Shown here piece by piece: positions 57,003 to 64,000 of a stretch of DNA of 64,000 nt. Each line of letters opens with the position of its first letter. The stretch's first letter is position 1. Under the pieces are notes generated by a model, which saw only the letters and a program-made list of their open reading frames with translations, was not told the origin of the DNA and did no database searches. The stretch spans positions 89,373 through 153,372 of the forward strand of contig JAFNFQ010000004.1 in NCBI GenBank assembly GCA_017885655.1, read 5' to 3'. Source of the DNA: Methanobacteriota archaeon. GTDB lineage: Archaea > Thermoplasmatota > Thermoplasmata > RBG-16-68-12 > JAFNFQ01. The position numbers and the translations under genes were made by a program.

Positions 57003-57901
57003 CCAATTTCCCTTCCCCTTTCCCTCAACACTCCGAAGATCTCCTTGTCATCAGCGATGACCTTCCCCCCGGGACGCCATTGGTAATGGCCGCCTCGAAC
57101 AAGAAACTTTCGCCTATCCCATCCCGCTCTCTGAATAGCATCTTGCACTCCGACCTCGAGAATCGACGGTCCGAACCCATAACTGCCACCCGTATTCTGG
57201 AAGAATCGACCGAGTGGGTCCATCATGAGGTATGAGTCTGTCATGGCCCGATTATCCTCTTTGACTGGATTGAGGCATTCATGGCGAGCGACGAAGGCTT
57301 CGAACTGCCCATTCATAGTGGCCAAGTCTGCGAAGCTGTCATCGTTCTCTCCTTTTATTGGGAGCATTTGAAAGACCTTCCACCGCCGAGGTTTCAGTTC
57401 GGCAACGAAGGATCGCATGTCTTCTCCCCAATTCATTGAGGTGACAACAGTGTTGACTTTGAATCGTATGCCGAATTCATGAATCCGCTTTGCCACTTCG
57501 CGAACAAGTGCGACATGATTTCCATCACCCCGCCCGAGAGCTTTTTCCACTTGCTCTGATGCGCTGTCAACGCTCAGAGCGATCCAGTCGACTAGGTCTG
57601 CAATCGTGCTGAGATAGGTCTTATTCAGCCGCGTCCCGTTCGATATGATCATCGTTGTCAGGCCAGCTTCTTTTGAAGCCTGAAGTACCTCTCGGAGGTG
57701 GGAACACAATGTCGGCTCCCCTCCCGCCAAGGTCAACTTTTCCGTCCCCGCTTTGCGGAGAATCTCCGGAATCTTCACCGCCTGATTCATCGAAAGCGGG
57801 GTACAGATTCCCTTGAAATGGGCGAAGCAGAATCTGCAGCGATAGTTGCACCATGGCCATATATGCCAATTCACCGAAACCGGTTCCACGCCCCCATTCA
57901 T
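56996..57901 (-). CDS. Prokaryotic viperin (pVip) radical-SAM enzyme
   Basis: Residue-level correspondence with animal viperin: PVSVNWHIWPWCNYRCRFCF vs [20 protein letters not shown]; AGGEP vs SGGEPF; ISNGTRL vs VSNGSLI; FKVNTVV vs FKINSVI; RWKVFQMLPIKGEN vs RWKVFQCLLIEGEN; MTDSYLMMD vs MKDSYLILD; ILEVGVQDAIQRAGWDRRKFLVRGGHYQW vs [29 protein letters not shown]. Confidence 0.9.
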   Translation of the reverse strand: MNGGVEPVSVNWHIWPWCNYRCRFCFAHFKGICTPLSMNQAVKIPEILRKAGTEKLTLAGGEPTLCSHLREVLQASKEAGLTTMIISNGTRLNKTYLSTIADLVDWIALSVDSASEQVEKALGRGDGNHVALVREVAKRIHEFGIRFKVNTVVTSMNWGEDMRSFVAELKPRRWKVFQMLPIKGENDDSFADLATMNGQFEAFVARHECLNPVKEDNRAMTDSYLMMDPLGRFFQNTGGSYGFGPSILEVGVQDAIQRAGWDRRKFLVRGGHYQWRPGGKVIADDKEIFGVLRERGREIGC

Positions 57902-57946
57902 CTAGATTGTCAGGTATTGCAGACACCTATAGCGGTTCTCTTTTAT

Positions 57947-57967
57947 AGTAAAATGCTGCATTTTACT
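57947..57967. promoter_or_regulatory. Perfect 10-bp inverted repeat (AGTAAAATGC-T-GCATTTTACT) in the pVip/csa3 divergent promoter; candidate Csa3 operator
   Basis: Lies between the TTTTATAG TATA-like box (57941-57948) and the csa3-like ATG (57973), i.e. over the expected leaderless transcription start. Confidence 0.4.
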
Positions 57968-57972
57968 GACGG

Positions 57973-58617
57973 ATGTGCGCAGTCCATATAGCCACGGTCG
58001 GCGAAACGCCCGAGCCAATCATAGAAGGCGTCAGACACCACAGCGTCGATTTGCAGGTGCTCCTGCATAGTCGCGAGACAAAGAGTGTTGCCGTCGAAAT
58101 TCGCAGGAGGATTAAGAGCCTTATTGGCAGAGACATCTGTGAGCTGAAGGAGATCGATCCGTTCGACATGCGCGACATCATGACTGCCATCGTCTCATAT
58201 CGAAAAAGGATGCCCGCGGAGGTGCTCCACATCAACATAACGGGCGGAACCAACATCATGGCATCTGCGGCCCTGATAGCGGGATTCGTGGTCGGGGCAC
58301 GCGTTTACTATATCCGGAAGGATCCAAACCCGAAGATACCGCTCGCTGATCGTATCATCGAGCTTCCGGTTCCCCGCGTTTCTCTTGAGAGCCTCGACGA
58401 GAATCATCGCAGGATTCTGAAATTGATACATAATCGAGGAACGGAGTTCGCTCCGGCCAACAGCGTGATTGCGACCGAATTGGGGATGTCGCGGCAGCTC
58501 GTGAGCTACCACCTCAGGAGGCTCGAGAGGGCGGGCTTATTGCACCTGACACTTGAAGGTCGAAACAAGATCGCGAGTCTGACGCCCGAAGGAGACCTCT
58601 ACGCTGAGATTGTTTGA
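57973..58617 (+). CDS. csa3: Csa3-like transcriptional regulator (CARF domain + winged HTH)
   Basis: CARF motifs VHIATVGETPEP and LHINITGGTNIMASAALIAGFVVGARVYYI; C-terminal wHTH RILKLIHNRG ... IATELGMSRQLVSYHLRRLERAGLL. Confidence 0.8.
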   Translation: MCAVHIATVGETPEPIIEGVRHHSVDLQVLLHSRETKSVAVEIRRRIKSLIGRDICELKEIDPFDMRDIMTAIVSYRKRMPAEVLHINITGGTNIMASAALIAGFVVGARVYYIRKDPNPKIPLADRIIELPVPRVSLESLDENHRRILKLIHNRGTEFAPANSVIATELGMSRQLVSYHLRRLERAGLLHLTLEGRNKIASLTPEGDLYAEIV

Positions 58618-59255
58618 TCCAGAATGCGCCCCATAACCGAAGCCGAATCACAAGGACGCGATGGCAAGATTCTTGTCCACCCATTAACATGGCGCACCAA
58701 CGAGGCCGTCATATGACCAAGAATCCGGCGAAAATGAGGGAGGACTTCAAGCCCGATAGGATACGATTTCTGATGGTCGGAGAATCACCGCCCAGGAAAG
58801 GGTTCTTTTATGATCCTGAAAGCTCATTGAAGTCGTTGTCTCGCGGTACCGCTGAAGTCTTTGAGGAAGTATATGGTGAGGACTATGGCAAAGGAGAAGA
58901 CCAGAAGCTCCTGTTCCTCAATAGCTTCCAATCTAAAGGGTTCTATCTTCACGATTTCTACGCTGTGAGAGGCAAGAAAGTAAGAAGAAGACGTTGGGAC
59001 GATATATACGAAGGAATCGACGAGCTCAGGTCATTGCTGGAAGTCAGTAAGGCCGACATTGGACGTGTCGTGACGGTGTGGCCCGAGATCTCGGACATCG
59101 TGGATGAAGCTTTGTGGAAGGAGGAGATTAAGGCACTGCACAGGATCGTCCCATTCCCCTCCAATGTGAGCATGAAGGTCTACAAGTGGAGGATCTCGGA
59201 GATCGTGAAGGAGTTCGAAGGTCGTCCGCGTTCGCATTCTCGCAACGATCGATGA
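58614..59255 (+). CDS. Hypothetical protein, ATGA-coupled to csa3 (alternative ATG at 58713); possible uracil-DNA-glycosylase-superfamily fold
   Basis: FLMVGESPP and IVPFPSNVS loosely resemble UDG motif A (GE.PG) and motif B (HPSP.N). Weak assignment. Confidence 0.4.
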   Translation: MIQNAPHNRSRITRTRWQDSCPPINMAHQRGRHMTKNPAKMREDFKPDRIRFLMVGESPPRKGFFYDPESSLKSLSRGTAEVFEEVYGEDYGKGEDQKLLFLNSFQSKGFYLHDFYAVRGKKVRRRRWDDIYEGIDELRSLLEVSKADIGRVVTVWPEISDIVDEALWKEEIKALHRIVPFPSNVSMKVYKWRISEIVKEFEGRPRSHSRNDR

Positions 59256-59423
59256 CGGAGTGACTGAGGCAAAATCCGCGATTTCTGCATGATCATCTCC
59301 TTCCCCCTGATGCGGATACGCCCGGATAGGACTTGACTTCATCGCAAGAAATACCGTCGAACTGTCTCCAACCACGTTGATGTTCCTCCATTTCCACACA
59401 TCAATGTAGGAGGTGTGATTCGA

Positions 59424-59585
59424 TTGAAGCCTATCAACGTAGACGACAAGAACGTGTGGTTCGAGCGCGGGGTGAGGTGCCTGGAGAGACACGAGTACGG
59501 TCAGGCGGTGGACCGCTTCAAGAGGGCGCGCGTGCCGCTCCCATGGGAGGTGCTGAGGAGAAGGAGCGGGAAGATGAAGTACTAA
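59424..59585 (+). CDS. Possible small ORF (53 aa, TTG start) upstream of NYN paralog 2
   Basis: GGAGGTG 9 nt upstream of the TTG. Product KPINVDDKNVWFERGVRCLERHEYGQAVDRFKRARVPLPWEVLRRRSGKMKY. Speculative. Confidence 0.2.
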   Translation: MKPINVDDKNVWFERGVRCLERHEYGQAVDRFKRARVPLPWEVLRRRSGKMKY

Positions 59586-59635
59586 GCTGGAGGCTCTGAT
59601 GCGAATGGTGAATATCATCAAGGGATAATCGGCCC

Positions 59636-60199
59636 ATGCAACATTCGATGCCTGAGAGATTGATGATTTTCATCGATGGTTCAAATCTCTTTCACACCGG
59701 TCGACTGTACGGGAAGCATTACCGAATCGAGGACCTATGCAACGAACTGTCCGCGGACAGACAACTCGTCCGGACCTACTACTATGGTTCCATTCCCACT
59801 GGCGGAGACGACGACAAGGTGGAGAAGCAGAAAGGATTCCATATGAGGCTGGAATATGGGGGAATCAATGTCAGCATCATTCCGCTGAAGACACGGGAGG
59901 TCAATTTTAAATGTCCAAAGTGTGGGGCAAAATCGGCTTTCAGCCGCAATGTCGAGAAGGGGGTGGACGTCGCGCTCGTCACTGACATGCTTGCTTTCGG
60001 TTTCCGCGATGGCTACGATGTGGCCTTGCTGGTCGCGGGCGACCTGGATTACATCAGAGCGATTGAGGAAGTGAAGAGGATACCAAAAAGGGTCGAGATA
60101 GCATTCTTCGAGAGCATCCAGGCGATCAGCGGCGCACTGAAGAGGAAAGCGGATCGCTTCATTCCTCTGGAACCGATAATCAACAAGATCGGCACCTAG
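59636..60199 (+). CDS. NYN-domain protein, paralog 2, with an inserted CPKCG zinc-ribbon
   Basis: MIFIDGSNLF ... YYYGS ... KCPKCG ... EKGVDVALVTDML ... LVAGDLDYIRAIEEV. Confidence 0.8.
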   Translation: MQHSMPERLMIFIDGSNLFHTGRLYGKHYRIEDLCNELSADRQLVRTYYYGSIPTGGDDDKVEKQKGFHMRLEYGGINVSIIPLKTREVNFKCPKCGAKSAFSRNVEKGVDVALVTDMLAFGFRDGYDVALLVAGDLDYIRAIEEVKRIPKRVEIAFFESIQAISGALKRKADRFIPLEPIINKIGT

Positions 60200-60419
60200 T
60201 GTTTAGACGTAGTTATTTCACCAGGTCGCCGAGGAGATACCGAAAGCGTCTCCCCGCCAGGGCATGTTGGTTCCGCCGACCTGTTAAGTTGTTTCACCAC
60301 CCTTATGACTCCCGCGTATCTTAAGCTTTTTCCTGGGGCTATCTCGAAGGGGCAGTACATGATTCTCGAATAGGCATCGTTGGCGGCGATGACACGGTCC
60401 GTGATCTGTTGACTTGGTA

Positions 60420-60515
60420 AAGGTTTTTTACCAGACGACCGACAAGCCATCCCCGCGAACACTTGTCGTCAAGGCATTAGCCGTCGTCTGGAGAGCTATT
60501 TTCAGACACCTCATT
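60420..60515. repeat. Conserved hairpin element (copy 2) downstream of NYN paralog 2
   Basis: TTTTTT-ACCAGACGACCG-(loop with CTTGTCGT)-CCGTCGTCTGG-AGAGCTATTTTC. See 48880-48975. Confidence 0.55.
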
Positions 60516-60677
60516 CGTTTCGGACTTTGAAGCCTTTATGCTTCAATTCATCAAGGTGCGCCGCACACGATGTCGCGAACCGAATTGAGTACACGGTCGG
60601 AGGAATCCCTGATGTCTTTCTCCGTGATGTTCAAGCGAGATCGCATCCGCATTTCTTTCCGCGCGAACGGGTTGGAC

Positions 60678-61187
60678 TTAGGGTACCCAGATGCATTCTT
60701 CGACTGTGACGAATTCGAAGGTCGCCGATTCCGGATTGCCGTCCTTGCGTATCCGCGAGAGGAGCGTTTCGAAGTCCTCATCGGAGTCGATTACCTTCCG
60801 ATTCTTCACTGCGATGTAGCGGTCGCCGAACTTCTTGCGCAGGGTCAACATGGACCTATCGATCCATGCCGAGTTCCGCTGCTCTCTTCGAATCGAGCGG
60901 AGTATCTCTGCCTTGTTCACGTTCATTACAGGCTCTTCATGGCCTGCTATGGAGATAAAGCCTTCTCGTCCGATTATGGTCGGTCCGAGTTGCAACGCAC
61001 ATCTACGGCGAATCGGGGTGAGTATTGAGAAGGGGCGTTGGCTTGAGTCTCTTTTCATGAGTGAGAGGGCGAATTTTCGACCCCCTACATGGTTCAAGAT
61101 AGTCTTGCCTATCCTATATTCTCTCATTGATTCAAGAATCAATAGAGCAGGATTGGGGTATGGACCATGTGCCTCGCACCTACTCAA
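60678..61187 (-). CDS. Hypothetical protein; true gene may be only the C-terminal roughly 80 aa
   Basis: The C-terminal part (MNVNKAEILRSI ... DRYIAVKNRKVIDSDEDFETLLSRI ... FEFV) looks like a small self-contained domain. The long N-terminal extension is low-complexity. Confidence 0.4.
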   Translation of the reverse strand: MSRCEAHGPYPNPALLILESMREYRIGKTILNHVGGRKFALSLMKRDSSQRPFSILTPIRRRCALQLGPTIIGREGFISIAGHEEPVMNVNKAEILRSIRREQRNSAWIDRSMLTLRKKFGDRYIAVKNRKVIDSDEDFETLLSRIRKDGNPESATFEFVTVEECIWVP

Positions 61188-61316
61188 TCCCGCCAGAGAG
61201 TGCGAATATCCTTTCGATCATTCCGCCCGAGACTCCCATGGGTTCTGGACAAGTCCAGTGATGTCTCAGACGGATGGGCGATAGCATTTTAGCGAGGCAT
61301 GCCATTCATTATTTAA

Positions 61317-61664
61317 ATGGAAGCGCAGGGGGGCGCGACGCTCCGTCACGCAAAGACGCATCTGAGCCGCGAGGGACTCGCATGCGTTATTGTCGATTAC
61401 TTGGTTCTAAGAAAGGAGAGTACCAAGCCAGGATGCACCGCGTACGACATCGCTAAAAATGCACCTAGGCTGAGGACCACACAGCGTCAGCAGCGAATCG
61501 AGGAGATTCTAAGGGATCTCGAGACACAGGGAATCGTCCACTGCGAGCGCTACGAGAAAGCAAGCTACTTCTCGATTACTGATGATGGGATGAAGTGGTA
61601 CAAGGATATCGTCAAACGTTTCTATGATGTGCTCGGGCCGATTTATCCTGGATTTCAGGACTGA
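61317..61664 (+). CDS. PadR-like winged-helix transcriptional regulator
   Basis: VIVDYLVLRKESTKPGCTAYDIAKNA ... RQQRIEEILRDLETQGIVHCE ... YFSITDDG follows the PadR pattern (hGYel ... G.lYp.L.rLe..G). Confidence 0.5.
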   Translation: MEAQGGATLRHAKTHLSREGLACVIVDYLVLRKESTKPGCTAYDIAKNAPRLRTTQRQQRIEEILRDLETQGIVHCERYEKASYFSITDDGMKWYKDIVKRFYDVLGPIYPGFQD

Positions 61665-61754
61665 CTCGCAACGGATTTCGCTTGAATATTGCCCCGGATA
61701 TTATTCGGTCGGGTTTAGATCAGTCAGCTGTGTTCAGATTCCTTAGAAGGGGCT

Positions 61755-62501
61755 TCATCTGACCCAGATTGAAGTGAATTTGCCGTCACTATGCGTGAGG
61801 AGTGCATTGAAGACATTCTTTGTGGGCAATCCCTCCTCACTCCGAGTCCATTCGACCGCGTCGGCCTCGAAACCGGCTTTGGACACAGCCAATATCACGA
61901 AAGGTCCCCTGCCACGTCTTCTTGCAACGTCCATGACATCCGCTTTGAACTCGACAAGTTCCGCCATGGTCGTCGGACTTTGCCCTTCGAACCTTCTTAT
62001 GGCTGCCAATCGTGCTCCGAATTCAGCATAGATATTGAAACGGTGCGAGCCAGTCTTTCCAAGGACTTCAGCGTCGAAAGTGACTTTAGCTTTTGAGAAC
62101 TCGGGATGAAGCTCCGTGAGCTTGGCCATTATCTGCTTATCCAAATCCTCGCTCGTAGTCGGCAACATCTCGAATTTGACTTTGAACCAAAGAGGGTAGA
62201 AGCATTCAAAGAAGTGCTCTAAAGGTTTATCGAACTTCATGGACGGGGCAATCACAAAGAGTCCGAAAAAGCCCAGGATTATTCCGGCCAACCCGGAAAT
62301 AAGAACAGCCAAATCCGTAAACGGCCCCCACACTTCCGGTTCAAGGACCATTGCCAGAATCCATAGAATCAATGTGATTATCATGACGAGGCTGGATACT
62401 TTCGCCCAGAGTACCAAAGTTCTGAGCTTCTGTCGCTGGCTAAACAGGGTTTCTGACGCTTCCAAGAGAGTAAGTACCGGAGGAGTGCCTGCTTTATTCA
62501 C
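61755..62501 (-). CDS. Membrane protein (two TM helices) with a C-terminal cytoplasmic domain of unknown function (possibly nuclease-like)
   Basis: TM segments LVMIITLILWILAMV and LAVLISGLAGIILGFFGLFVIA; C-terminal D..E.K-like residues (DAEVLGK ... ELVEFKAD). Confidence 0.5.
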   Translation of the reverse strand: MNKAGTPPVLTLLEASETLFSQRQKLRTLVLWAKVSSLVMIITLILWILAMVLEPEVWGPFTDLAVLISGLAGIILGFFGLFVIAPSMKFDKPLEHFFECFYPLWFKVKFEMLPTTSEDLDKQIMAKLTELHPEFSKAKVTFDAEVLGKTGSHRFNIYAEFGARLAAIRRFEGQSPTTMAELVEFKADVMDVARRRGRGPFVILAVSKAGFEADAVEWTRSEEGLPTKNVFNALLTHSDGKFTSIWVR

Positions 62502-62661
62502 GATGCTGAATATGAAATGGCGACATATAGCCGGTACTGGAATTTCGTTCTAGTTCCACGACGCGGAAATCATCATACGTGAACTGATGTTCTCCTGAAT
62601 CGTATTTTCGTTCGTTGCCAACCCTAGTATCTCTTCATGCCTCTATGTCTCGGTGTAAAAA

Positions 62662-63294
62662 ATGCGAGACACGGAAGCAGATTCGGAAATAGGTGTGAGC
62701 GCGGATGTGGGAACGTCAGCCAAGAGAGTGGCCGTCTTCGTTGACGTGCCAAACCTCTGGGTCGTTGCGAAAGACAATGGTTTCGATTTTGACACGAAAC
62801 CAGTGATCGACGCAGCAAAGACCTACGGTCGGGTCGTTCTCGCAAAGGCATATGCCGCCATCCAGTGGGGGCGGCCAGTGAATTCTGGGGTGATAGACCT
62901 CGAGCATGTCGGCTTCGAGGCCGTGCATAGATGCGTGTCGCCGAAAGATGGCAATGGAAAGAAAGACATCGACTCCCTACTCTTGACGGATATGATCGTG
63001 GCCGCGTACGAAAACGTGGCCGACACGTTCCTGCTTGCAAGTGGAGACTCAGACTACGTTCCAGCCATTCGGACGATCAGACGGCTTGGCAAGAAGGTCG
63101 TGGTCATGTCATACCCCGCCCAGATGTCCCCGCGGCTGCTTGCAATCGCAGACGAGGCCATATCGATGATCCCCCCCTGCGAAGTGAAGGATCCCGGGAA
63201 CGAAAGTTGTGCAATGCCCCCCGCCATCCGGGATTCGACGTGGAGTCGGGACTGTGGGGTCCCTGTTGATGGCTCAGCAGGAGTCAAAGGATAG
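62662..63294 (+). CDS. NYN-domain protein, paralog 3
   Basis: VAVFVDVPNLW ... KDIDSLLLTDMIVAAY ... LLASGDSDYVPAIRTIRRLGKKVVV. Confidence 0.75.
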   Translation: MRDTEADSEIGVSADVGTSAKRVAVFVDVPNLWVVAKDNGFDFDTKPVIDAAKTYGRVVLAKAYAAIQWGRPVNSGVIDLEHVGFEAVHRCVSPKDGNGKKDIDSLLLTDMIVAAYENVADTFLLASGDSDYVPAIRTIRRLGKKVVVMSYPAQMSPRLLAIADEAISMIPPCEVKDPGNESCAMPPAIRDSTWSRDCGVPVDGSAGVKG

Positions 63295-63306
63295 GGGGGA
63301 AATATC

Positions 63307-63447
63307 GTGCGAACGAGATATTTAATCGCTGGTGGTGCCGGATTCATAGGAAGCCACTTGGTCCGTTGCCTTCTCGATCGAGATTCTCAGGCGAGAGTCG
63401 TTATTCTCGATGGAATGAATAGACACCAGAAAATTGATATAGGGTAA
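63307..63447 (+). pseudogene. Remnant of the 5' end of an NAD-dependent epimerase/dehydratase gene (46 codons, then premature stop)
   Basis: GTG-RTRYLIAGGAGFIGSHLVRCLLDRDSQARVVILDG matches the N-terminal Rossmann motif (TGGAGFIGSHL) of UDP-glucose 4-epimerase / dTDP-glucose dehydratase-type enzymes. The reading frame ends at TAA 63445-63447. Confidence 0.5.
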
Positions 63448-63453
63448 ACTGAG

Positions 63454-64000
63454 ATGCGTGGCAATTGTACGGGGGACAGGGATCCGGTGCCGAACCTCTT
63501 CTACTGTAACATCGAACATCAGAGGCCTGGAGAGTTGCAGAATTCCGTTTCGCGCGAACTGGGTTATTTCAGAGGATATCTCGAGAAGGCTAGACGCTCG
63601 ATGGATGTCAGGCGATACGGCCTTCAGTGGGAGGCGGACGAGAAAATGGTCTATGACATTTTCCCGTGTCAGCTCTTAGAGATTCCCAAGCCGCAGAATC
63701 GCGTGTTGTTGCGACTTCGCAACGAGAAATTCTCGGCCAAGAAAGCAATCATGAGGGATAATGGTGAAAGAATCCTCTATGACAACCACGAAATCGTGGA
63801 TGGCGGTGTCGTCCTCTTGCTGCAAGAAGTGGAGAGATTGTCGACGGGGGATGTAATTCTTTATGGGATGACTAAGGTGGACTGGGAACCCCTGTCGTCC
63901 GGATTTTCCGGATCAATCGAGAGTTTGTCCGATAGAACAGGAAGGAAATACACGCCGCGTCAAGTGCGTGAAAAGCCAGACCATTACGAAGTGCAGCTCA
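63454..64000 (+). CDS. Hypothetical protein, 5' part only (open to the window end)
   Basis: ATG at 63454, no stop through position 64000 (182 codons). Not in the track because no stop lies in the window. Confidence 0.45.
   Translation, partial: MRGNCTGDRDPVPNLFYCNIEHQRPGELQNSVSRELGYFRGYLEKARRSMDVRRYGLQWEADEKMVYDIFPCQLLEIPKPQNRVLLRLRNEKFSAKKAIMRDNGERILYDNHEIVDGGVVLLLQEVERLSTGDVILYGMTKVDWEPLSSGFSGSIESLSDRTGRKYTPRQVREKPDHYEVQL

Noticed and set aside
1-64000. CRISPR array, cas genes, integrase/transposase, rRNA
   Set aside because: No regularly spaced short direct repeats and no recognisable Cas, recombinase or transposase motifs. The Csa3-like and CARF-like genes therefore appear orphaned from any CRISPR locus within this window.

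Overview
This 64-kb window comes from a GC-rich archaeal genome. It encodes archaeal-specific proteins (RpoK/Rpo6, exosome Csl4, aIF-1A, Rio1, Dim2-like KH protein, Nob1), and several genes look leaderless with TATA boxes about 25-30 nt upstream of the start. Positions 1-26.7 kb are core chromosome. They carry RpoK, Csl4, SHMT, an E1-like / PP-loop ATPase / small-domain / Nob1 operon, UppS, a TPD-domain protein, aIF-1A, Rio1, the Dim2-like protein, pyruvate phosphate dikinase, a PrsW-like protease, Tmk, a HerA-like ATPase, a giant 2532-aa subtilase-like/WD40 surface protein and tRNA-Ala(CGC). Positions 26.9-40.2 kb carry an ABC-2 transporter, a SAM methyltransferase with an unlisted DUF1059 gene, a cluster of large surface proteins (beta-helix, InlB-B-repeat), and a visibly GC-richer block encoding a TPR-like/PIN protein and a Na+/H+ antiporter. 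Positions 40.2-64 kb look like an accessory and defence island with patchy, lower GC. The island contains a duplicated GNAT promoter plus 5' end with apparent promoter capture. It also contains an array of at least five partial copies of the 3' end of one small gene, interleaved with Fic, nucleotidyltransferase, NYN and RNase-III-like cargo. Three NYN-domain paralogs lie in the island, two of them followed by a conserved hairpin element, and there is a CARF-like plus PIN gene pair. The most striking feature is a tightly overlapping four-gene operon of prokaryotic viperin, a Upf1-like SF1 helicase, an unknown protein and a PLD nuclease (Mokosh-type-I-like). It is transcribed divergently from a Csa3-like CARF-wHTH regulator, and a perfect palindrome sits in the shared promoter. 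The island ends near a truncated epimerase gene remnant. No CRISPR array or integrase/transposase was seen. Small ORFs I derived myself may be off by a few nucleotides.
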